This document shows, piece by piece, positions 31,858 through 38,797 of a stretch of 38,797 bases of DNA. Source of the stretch: an uncultured Caulobacteraceae bacterium (lineage in GTDB: Bacteria > Pseudomonadota > Alphaproteobacteria > Caulobacterales > Caulobacteraceae). Positions within the stretch are counted from its first letter, which is position 1, and each line of letters begins with the position of its first letter. Where the stretch lies: positions 1 to 38,797 of the forward strand of contig CAXUCS010000003.1 in NCBI GenBank assembly GCA_964249365.1. The letters are read 5' to 3'. Made by a program: the position numbers and the translations under genes. The notes under the pieces are model-generated. The model searched no databases. It was not told where the DNA came from and saw nothing but the letters and a program-made list of their open reading frames with translations.

Positions 31858-32412
31858 ATGATCGGCGTGGATTTGATCGCCTACAAGGGCAAGGTGCCGC
31901 AGATCGACCCTTCCGCCTGGATCGCGCCGGGCTGTCGGATCATCGGCGACGTGGAGATCGGGCCTCGCGCCAGCATTTGGTACAACTGCGTCCTGCGGGG
32001 GGACGTGAACCGGGTGGTGGTCGGCGCGGGCTCCAACATCCAGGACGGCAGCGTCATCCACTGCGACTCCGGCGGCTTACAAAGCGAGGGGCACCCCACG
32101 CTGATCGGCGAGGATGTCCTGATCGGCCACCTTGCGGTCGTGCACGGCTGCACGCTTGGCCGGGGCTCGGTCGTCGGCATGGGCTCGATCACAATGGACG
32201 GTGCCGTGGTGGAGGGGGGCGGCATGGTGGCCGCTGGCGCCATGCTGACGCCGTACAAGCGCATCGGTCCAAATGAACTCTGGGGCGGGCGCCCGGCCCG
32301 GCTAATGCGCATGCTTTCGGCTTCGGAACTGGCGTCCAACGCACAGAGCGTGGAACACTATCAGCAGCTCGCCGAGGCGCATCGGAGCGCCTTGGGCGAG
32401 GTCCGCCCGTGA
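31858..32412 (+). CDS. gamma carbonic anhydrase family (PaaY/CaiE/YrdA-like)
   Basis: IIGDVEIG..ASIWYNCVLRGD, SNIQDGSVIH, IGH.AVVHGC hexapeptide repeats. Confidence 0.93.
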   Translation: MIGVDLIAYKGKVPQIDPSAWIAPGCRIIGDVEIGPRASIWYNCVLRGDVNRVVVGAGSNIQDGSVIHCDSGGLQSEGHPTLIGEDVLIGHLAVVHGCTLGRGSVVGMGSITMDGAVVEGGGMVAAGAMLTPYKRIGPNELWGGRPARLMRMLSASELASNAQSVEHYQQLAEAHRSALGEVRP

Positions 32413-32463
32413 CCCGAACGCGGTTGTAGAGGCCGCTGGCGTCCGCGACCTCGTCGCTCGGCT

Positions 32464-33234
32464 TCAGGCCTCTCCCGCAGACTCCGGCGGCCGCTTTTCA
32501 AGCATCGCCATGATTAAGCTCCGCGCCTCTGGCGAGCATAGCCGATCGCCGAACACCGCCAACTCCTCGTCGATCCGGCGCTCGATTTCCGCGGCGTCGG
32601 CGCGCATTAGCCGTTTGGCCTCCCGCAAGGCTTCAGGCGGCTTGGCCGCCAGCCGACGTGCAAGGCTCATGGCCGCGACGTCCAGCTCTTCCGGCGTCGT
32701 CACTCTGTTCACCAAGCCCAAACGGAAGGCGGTCTGCGCGTCGAGGGTCTCGCCCAGGAGCAGAAGCTCAGCCGCCACGTGTCTACCGACCTGCTGCGGC
32801 AGGAGGAGCGTACTGGCGAACTCGGGCGTCAGGCCTAGGCTCACGAAGGGCATCTGCACCCGCGCACGGGTGCTGGCCACGACCAAATCGCAGTGCAGAA
32901 GCAGCGTTGCGCCGATACCGATGGCCACGCCGTCCACCGCGGCGACAACTGGCTTGTGCGCTTGACTCAACGCAGTCATGAACCGGCGCAAAGGCGATGT
33001 GCGCTCGCTGGAAAACGGCCGCCGCGTAACGTCTTTCAAGTCGTTCCCGGCCGTGAAGGCGCCGCGCTCACCGCCTATCAGGATAGCGTGAACGGAGCCG
33101 TCCGCCTCCGCCGTCATCAGCGCTTCCGCGAGAGCGGCGTACATCTCCTCTGTGATCGCGTTTTTCTTCCCCGGCCTGTTAAAGCGAATCTCCGCCACAG
33201 CCCCCGTTCCGCGATAGATCGCCAGCTCCATCAC
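32464..33234 (-). CDS. enoyl-CoA hydratase/isomerase
   Basis: FNRPGKKNAIT, FTAGNDL, KPVVAAVDG.AIGIG.TLLLHCD, PFVSLGLTPEFAST. Confidence 0.93.
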   Translation of the reverse strand: MMELAIYRGTGAVAEIRFNRPGKKNAITEEMYAALAEALMTAEADGSVHAILIGGERGAFTAGNDLKDVTRRPFSSERTSPLRRFMTALSQAHKPVVAAVDGVAIGIGATLLLHCDLVVASTRARVQMPFVSLGLTPEFASTLLLPQQVGRHVAAELLLLGETLDAQTAFRLGLVNRVTTPEELDVAAMSLARRLAAKPPEALREAKRLMRADAAEIERRIDEELAVFGDRLCSPEARSLIMAMLEKRPPESAGEA

Positions 33235-33275
33235 GAGATGGCCTTCTCCGGGCTCCTGAAAGCTAGGCTCATCGA

Positions 33276-35678
33276 CTACTTGGAGCAGACCACCGCTGAG
33301 CCGATCACGTCTCTGAGGACCTCGTTGGTCCCGGCGAAGATCGTCCAGGACCGGGTGTTCAGGTACTTGGCGGTCGGCTTCGCGGCGTAGTCGGGTCCTA
33401 TCGGCGGCGCGTTGCTGGTCAGCGTCAGCGAAGCGCGCTGATCGGCAAGCGCGTAGTCACCGAGCGCCTCCATCCCGAGTTCGGCGGAGCGCTGGTACAA
33501 TTCGCTGCCGGTGACCTTCAGCATCGCCGCCAGGACCTGCCCCACACTCTCACCGGCCGCGAAGCCGGCGGCGATTCTGTTCTCCGTCGCCTCCAGCGCC
33601 AGGACGTCGATTTCGTGCTCCACGAAGCGGAGCCGATAATACGGGTCGTTCCAGAAGGCGTCCCCGCCGTCGCCGGCTTCGTCCCGGGCGATCGCCTCGG
33701 CCTCCTGGAGAAGACCCGAGCACATGGCGGCGAACGCCTGACCACCCCGCTCGTGCTCCAGGAGGTACTTGGTGACGGTCCAACCCTCGTTCTCCTCACC
33801 AACGCGATTTGTCACAGGCACTCGGACATCGTCGAAGAAGACCTGGTTGACCTCGTGTTCGCCCGACATAGAGAGGATGGGCCGTACGGTCATCCCCGGC
33901 GTGTCCATCGGCACGAGGAGGAAGCTGATGCCGGCCTGCGGCTTGCCGTCCGCCCTGGTGCGCGCCAGCAGGAAGATCCAGTTGGCGTTTTGGGCGTGGG
34001 TGGTCCAAATCTTGGAGCCGTTAATAACGTAGTCGTCGCCGTCACGCACCGCCCGCGTGCTGAGGGAGGCAAGGTCCGAGCCCGATGCCGGCTCGGAGAA
34101 ACCCTGGCAGAAGTAGATGTCGAAGGAAAGGATTCCTGGAAGGAAGTAGGCCTTCTGCTCGGGCGTGCCAAACTTCATCAACGCGGGAGCAGCGAGGCCC
34201 AGGCCCATCTTCGCCGGCATCGGCGCATTGGCCAAATTGCACTCGCTGGCGAAGATCTGGCGCTCGATGGGATCCCAGCCCGTGCCGCCATGCTCCACCG
34301 GCCAGGATGGAGCGCCCCAGCCCTTTTTCAGGAGCTCGCGCTGCCACCATACGCCGAGCTCCGGTTCGGCGAACAGCCCGGCCTGGCGGGCGTTGAGCGC
34401 CCGCTTCCCCGCCGGGTAGGCCTCGTCGATGAAGGCCCGCACGTCCTCACGGAAGCCTTGGTAATTCTTGGTGTTCTCAACGTCCGACGCAGGCGCATCG
34501 TCGGCTTTCCCAACGTAAGCGTCACGGAATGTTGCGAAGCGTTCGAGGTGGTAGCCGACCGTGCCGAACTGGCGCTCGATCTCCGTGGCGCGCTTGAAGA
34601 GGCGCCCGACGAAGAGCTCGTCGGTGGTTCCCATGCCTCCGTGCAGCTGCACGGCGTGCTGGGCGACGAACCGCAGCGCTTTGCCGACGTAGGCCTTGGT
34701 GGCGGAAACGCGTTGCATGCGCGCACCGCGCCCCAACCCTGCGAGCGCCCCCAAGGTCTCCTCGACGAAGGAGACGGCGTGCTCTCTGAGGATCGACATG
34801 TCGGCAAGGCGGTGCCGTACGACCTGGAAGTCGGCGAGCGGCCGTCCGAACTGCCGCCGCTGGCGCACATAGGCCGTGGTGTCGTCGATCAGCCGCGACA
34901 TGACGCCGAGCCCTTCGGCGCAGACCAGCGCACATGCCTCGTCCAGCAGCGCTTCCAGCAACGGCAGCGCACGCCCTTCCGCCAGGAGGAGACGGTCCGC
35001 CGGAACGCTGACCGCCTCAAAAGCGAGGTCGGAGGCGGGTCGGCCCGAGATGGTACGATAGTCCCGGCGGGTCAGGCCCGGCGCCGTTGCGTCCACCAGG
35101 AACAGGGACACGCCGTCCCGATCGCCCGCCGCTCCGGCCGTGCGCGCGGGAACGAGCAGGTGGGTGGCGCGCGGCGCATCGAGCACCACGACTTTACGAC
35201 CGCTCAAGCGGTAGGCCTCGCCCCGGCGGTGCGCCTGCATCGAGACTTGCGCGGGATCATAGCGCCCGGCTCTCTCACCATGTGCCAGCGCGGCGAGGAG
35301 GCTGCCTGCGACCACCTCCCCGAGGAGTTGGTCGGCGTCGGCCATCTCCGATGCCAGAAGTGCTCGCCCCGTCATCAAAGCGGTGAGGTAAGGCTCCAGT
35401 ACGAGAGCGCGGCCGAATTGCGCCAGGATCATGCCCTGGTTCCGGAAGCCGCCGCCGACGCCGCCCACATCTTCCGGTAGTCCGAGCCCAGCCAAGCCGA
35501 GCGCGTCGACGAACGCCGCCCAACGTCCGCCCGCGTTCGTCAGTTCGTCGTCGGACTGGCGGCGCTGCTCCGCCTCGTCGTAGTGGCTCCTAAGGTAGCT
35601 CTCGACAGAGCGTCGCAGTTGCTCGGCGTCTTCGGCTTGCAGCTCGCGCATCGGGTCGGCGGGCGTTCGCTGCAACAT
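33276..35678 (-). CDS. tandem-fused double acyl-CoA dehydrogenase (PimD-like + PimC-like halves)
   Basis: N half: RRQFGRPLADFQ...AVQLHGGMG. C half: FCQGFSEPASGSDLASL, GSKIWTT, NQVFFDDVRVP, TIFAGTNEV. Start set at ATG 35678 (GGAGG RBS); the track ORF starts at 35732. Confidence 0.92.
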   Translation of the reverse strand: MLQRTPADPMRELQAEDAEQLRRSVESYLRSHYDEAEQRRQSDDELTNAGGRWAAFVDALGLAGLGLPEDVGGVGGGFRNQGMILAQFGRALVLEPYLTALMTGRALLASEMADADQLLGEVVAGSLLAALAHGERAGRYDPAQVSMQAHRRGEAYRLSGRKVVVLDAPRATHLLVPARTAGAAGDRDGVSLFLVDATAPGLTRRDYRTISGRPASDLAFEAVSVPADRLLLAEGRALPLLEALLDEACALVCAEGLGVMSRLIDDTTAYVRQRRQFGRPLADFQVVRHRLADMSILREHAVSFVEETLGALAGLGRGARMQRVSATKAYVGKALRFVAQHAVQLHGGMGTTDELFVGRLFKRATEIERQFGTVGYHLERFATFRDAYVGKADDAPASDVENTKNYQGFREDVRAFIDEAYPAGKRALNARQAGLFAEPELGVWWQRELLKKGWGAPSWPVEHGGTGWDPIERQIFASECNLANAPMPAKMGLGLAAPALMKFGTPEQKAYFLPGILSFDIYFCQGFSEPASGSDLASLSTRAVRDGDDYVINGSKIWTTHAQNANWIFLLARTRADGKPQAGISFLLVPMDTPGMTVRPILSMSGEHEVNQVFFDDVRVPVTNRVGEENEGWTVTKYLLEHERGGQAFAAMCSGLLQEAEAIARDEAGDGGDAFWNDPYYRLRFVEHEIDVLALEATENRIAAGFAAGESVGQVLAAMLKVTGSELYQRSAELGMEALGDYALADQRASLTLTSNAPPIGPDYAAKPTAKYLNTRSWTIFAGTNEVLRDVIGSAVVCSK

Positions 35679-35777
35679 CGGTCTCGCCTCCAAACGCCAT
35701 TCGCCCGCCTGACGACGGTTAGTCGAGGACATTAGCGTATGCAGATGGCGCGTCGACCATAGAGCCCTTTTGGCCTC

Positions 35778-35815
35778 GATGCATTAAGCGGCAGCACAAT
35801 TCCCAGCAGGACTTG
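35778..35815 (-). promoter_or_regulatory. LysR-type box plus conserved element for the fused-ACAD unit
   Basis: On the - strand: CAAGTC-N7-GAATTG-N12-ATGCATC. Confidence 0.55.
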
Positions 35816-35826
35816 CCGCGGGCTGA

Positions 35827-36951
35827 TCAAAGATTGCGTGCAATCAGCAGGCGCTGGATGTCGGACGTGCCTTCATAGATCTGGCACACGCGAACATCGC
35901 GATAGATTTTGGCTAGCCCGTAATCCTCCAAATAGCCATAGCCGCCCAGCGTCTGAATGGCGCCGGAGCACACCGCCTCGGCGGTCTCGGATGCAACCAG
36001 CTTGGCCATGGATGCCTCCGTCAGGCAGGGATGGCCCGCATCCTTCAGATTGGCAGCATGAAGGACGAGCTGGCGCGCCGCTTCCAGGCGGGCGGCAAGG
36101 TCGGCCAGGCGGAAACCGACAGCCTGATGGCTAATGATGGGCGTTCCGAAGCTGGAGCGATCCTTGGCGTAGGCAACAGCTCGCTCCAGGGCGGCTTGCG
36201 CCATGCCCACGCTCTGGGCGGCGATGCCGATGCGGCCGGTCTCCAGGTTGGCAAGCGCGATGCGGTAACCCTGCCCTTCATCACCAAGGCGCAGCGCCGC
36301 AGGCACACGCATTGAGTCGAAGACCAGCGCACAGGTGTCTGACGCTTGTTGTCCGAGCTTGTGCTCTACCTTGGCAACCCCGAAGCCGGGAGTGTCGGTC
36401 GGCACCAAGAAGGCAGATAGACCTCTTTTGCCCGCCTCCGCATCTGTGACGGCGAACACGATGCACAAGCCAGCGATACGGCCGGAGGTGATAAATTGCT
36501 TGGAGCCATCGATTACGTACTGCTCGCCGTCGCGTCTCGCCCGGGTGCGGAGTGCCGAAGCATCCGAGCCCGCCCCTGCCTCCGTCAACCCGAACGCCCC
36601 GATCATGCGCCCGGCGCACAGTTCGGGCAGAAAGCGCGCCTTCTGTTCGGGAGAGCCTTGCTGCAAGAGAGCGGCGATGACCGGCGCGTTATGCACGCTG
36701 ACCACCGTTGACAGTCCTCCATCACCCGCCGCCAACTCCATCAGCGCAAGCGCATATGAAACGTAGTCAGCCTCCGCACCGCCATAGTGCGCTGGTGCGG
36801 TCATGCCCAAAAGTCCGAGATCTGCAAGTTCAGCAAAGATTGCGGACGGGAAGCAACCCCGCCGTTCCCATTCCTGCGCATGAGGCGAAACGCGATTTTG
36901 CGTCCAATCACGGACCGCATCCCGAATAGCAGATTGTGTCTCGCTCAGCAT
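35827..36951 (-). CDS. acyl-CoA dehydrogenase (short/branched-chain type)
   Basis: AFGLTEAGAGSDA, GSKQFITSG, AIQTLGGYGY, IYEGTSDIQR. Confidence 0.95.
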   Translation of the reverse strand: MLSETQSAIRDAVRDWTQNRVSPHAQEWERRGCFPSAIFAELADLGLLGMTAPAHYGGAEADYVSYALALMELAAGDGGLSTVVSVHNAPVIAALLQQGSPEQKARFLPELCAGRMIGAFGLTEAGAGSDASALRTRARRDGEQYVIDGSKQFITSGRIAGLCIVFAVTDAEAGKRGLSAFLVPTDTPGFGVAKVEHKLGQQASDTCALVFDSMRVPAALRLGDEGQGYRIALANLETGRIGIAAQSVGMAQAALERAVAYAKDRSSFGTPIISHQAVGFRLADLAARLEAARQLVLHAANLKDAGHPCLTEASMAKLVASETAEAVCSGAIQTLGGYGYLEDYGLAKIYRDVRVCQIYEGTSDIQRLLIARNL

Positions 36952-37342
36952 TGCCTTGAGGCCTCCGGAGCGCTCGCCCCGTATTCAACCTGCCCTCTCA
37001 ACTTAGTCGTTCGAAGGTGAGAGCACTTATGATCTACTAGATACCTAGACGCAATGCTTCTGGCGAAAGGGTTATGAGCTGTAATGCTCGGCGAGCAATG
37101 AGAATTTCGATTAATCGCCTAGCGCGGGTAGCGCAACATGACGGTCACTCATAGTAGGTCATCTGAGGGAATTAGGTAGCCGCCAAGCGCCGCGGTAAGG
37201 AGCTAGGCTAAACCCTCAGGAGAGAGACGAGCCCAGAGGTGATCCTGACGTGTGGATCTTGGCGAAGGTCCCCACCGCCTTCCATACGGTTGCAACTACG
37301 CCGAACCCCAGCAGTCATCGTCAGAGTAAAACGGTGGACGCT

Positions 37343-38245
37343 ATGGAGATTAAAGCTCTCCAGTTTATCATTCGTCTGGCTGAGATCGGCAGCGTTACTC
37401 GTGCCGCGCGTGATCTCGGCATCGCCACTTCCACCCTCAGCCGCCATGTTGGGGCGCTGGAAAGCGAGATCGGCGTACTCCTTTTTGAACGCCAGCCTGG
37501 AGGCATGAGGGTCACCTCGGCTGGTCTGAGCGTTGTTCGGCTTGCTCGCAGAGTGGTCGGGGATGTTGACGCTATCCGGTGCGTCGCGGCAAGGTCTAGT
37601 CGTGCGCTAGCTGGAGAACTGCGCTTAGCCACTCAAACTCTGAGCATTGGCCCACAACTGCGGGCAGCGCTGACGGCATGGCGAGCAGCGCATCCGGGCA
37701 TCGCACTGGAGTTGCTCGACATAGATGGCAACGAGACGCTCGCAGGCCTGCAGAGTCGGCGTTTCGACGCGGCCATTATCCACTCTCAAGCCACGCCCGA
37801 GCTGGCTCAACTTGAGCTCTGGTCTGAGCCATTCATCTTAGCTGTTCCTGAGACACACCCGCTTGCTAAGCAGACTAAAGTAGCTTGGGCTGATGTTCGA
37901 GCGGAGACTGTTCTCATACGCAGCGCCAAAGGGGGCGATGCGCTTAGCAGCCTACAAGTTGGCTTACTCGGACCTGGAGTGGACGTTCGCGCCCACCGTG
38001 CCGGATTGTTAGATCTGTTGAACCTGGTAGTTATGGGAGAAGGCGTCGGGCTTACTTGCAGCGACAATCGGGAAATTACAATTCCAGGCGTTTGCTACAT
38101 AGACGTCAACGATGTAAATGCTCACATCGGGATCGCGCTTGCTTGGTGGAGCGAACTAGAAGATCCTGTCGTTGGCAGCTTCGTCGCGTTCATGCGCGAT
38201 TGGGTCAGGGCTCGCGCGTCGACGGCAATCGCTGCGCTCGCGTGA
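37343..38245 (+). CDS. LysR-family transcriptional regulator (ICE-end type)
   Basis: AEIGSVTRAARDLGIATSTLSRHV..LE..IGV.LFER HTH; convergent with and overlapping DUF2274. Confidence 0.92.
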   Translation: MEIKALQFIIRLAEIGSVTRAARDLGIATSTLSRHVGALESEIGVLLFERQPGGMRVTSAGLSVVRLARRVVGDVDAIRCVAARSSRALAGELRLATQTLSIGPQLRAALTAWRAAHPGIALELLDIDGNETLAGLQSRRFDAAIIHSQATPELAQLELWSEPFILAVPETHPLAKQTKVAWADVRAETVLIRSAKGGDALSSLQVGLLGPGVDVRAHRAGLLDLLNLVVMGEGVGLTCSDNREITIPGVCYIDVNDVNAHIGIALAWWSELEDPVVGSFVAFMRDWVRARASTAIAALA

Positions 38246-38438
38246 AAGCACGATCTGAGGCTATAAACTTCGCGATGATGGGCCCAATCAATTTACCTGC
38301 CTTAATTGCATCGGTTCCGGCCTCACGGCCGATCGCCTCTCCGTAAGCTACGAGGTCTCGGTGCAAGTTTGCTGGAAGTTCTACGGTCAGCCGCACCGGC
38401 TTGTCGTCCGTGATGGGCCCGAGCTTCAGCTTCGCCAT
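38205..38438 (-). CDS. DUF2274 domain-containing protein
   Basis: MAKLKLGPITDDKPVRLTVELPA.LHRDL..Y...LI......F...DRAF; lies directly after trbI. Confidence 0.92.
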   Translation of the reverse strand: MAKLKLGPITDDKPVRLTVELPANLHRDLVAYGEAIGREAGTDAIKAGKLIGPIIAKFIASDRAFTRAQRLPSTREP

Positions 38439-38447
38439 CTCTTTCCC

Positions 38448-38744
38448 TCAGCCTTGGTAGGGCTTGAGCACGAGGTCGCGCGTGACGATCACGCGGACCG
38501 GGAACCCTGGCCGGATCGTCAGCGTCGGTGGGATGCCGAGCGAGCGACCGACCACCTGTGAGCCCACCTGGGAGAGCGCGTTGGACGCGCCCTCCCGGAT
38601 GGCCTGCACTAGGCTGTTTTCGGTGTTGGACGTCCCAGATTCCGTGCCGACGCTGAGAAGCGTGGAGAGCATAGCCGAGCGGAATAGCTGGCCCCAGTGG
38701 TTGTCCACCTGATCGGACAGGCCCGCATAGCCCTGCGGGTCTGC
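38448..38744 (-). pseudogene. trbI: conjugal transfer protein TrbI/VirB10, C-terminal part, interrupted by an IS
   Basis: ADPQGYAGLSDQVDNHWGQLF...IPPTLTIRPGFPVRVIVTRDLVLKPY; homology stops at the IS end at 38745. Confidence 0.9.
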
Positions 38745-38797
38745 TGTTGATTTCCGCTGAGAGCTGACCCGGGAGGCGGCAAGTTTCCACTGAGAAG
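38745..38797. mobile_element. IS21-family element terminus (partial)
   Basis: TGTTGATTTCCGCTGAGAGCTGACCC followed by internal repeat TTTCCACTGAGAAG, the reiterated-end pattern of IS21 elements. Confidence 0.75.

Noticed and set aside
33615-35480. 621-aa plus-strand ORF
   Set aside because: Antisense mirror of the fused ACAD, with no recognisable motifs.

Overview
GC-rich window, probably alphaproteobacterial (Caulobacter/Sphingomonas-like TonB receptor and ICE genes; this is an inference), in three parts. (1) 1-11.7 kb is a decaying accessory region. It holds two hypothetical genes, a broken tyrosine integrase, an AraC gene cut by an IS3 remnant that is itself fused to a sulfite-oxidase fragment, an AraC/NmrA pair, a K+ channel-like protein, an MFS transporter, a broken cobalamin-binding-type protein, DUF3253 and an internally deleted large serine recombinase ending at an att-like inverted repeat. 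(2) 11.9-37 kb is an apparently intact ~25 kb, 21-gene CoA-dependent catabolic cluster of unknown substrate. It encodes a TonB receptor, two SnoaL/PhzA-B-like proteins, an EasG/NmrA-like reductase, an aromatic-acid MFS, a DHPON-type alpha/beta hydrolase, a BKACE, an AMACR-like CoA-transferase, two CoA ligases, an MFE-2-like SDR, an SCPx thiolase, a MaoC pair, two crotonases, three acyl-CoA dehydrogenase genes (one a tandem fusion), a cyclase, a gamma-CA and a LysR. Five of its transcription units share one promoter architecture, CTATTC-N7-GAATAG-N12/13-ATGCA, which is visible in the sequence and points to a single LysR regulon. (3) 37.3-38.8 kb is the LysR/DUF2274/trbI end of a conjugative element, with trbI interrupted by an IS21-family end. 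All product calls come from motif recognition; no database search was run.
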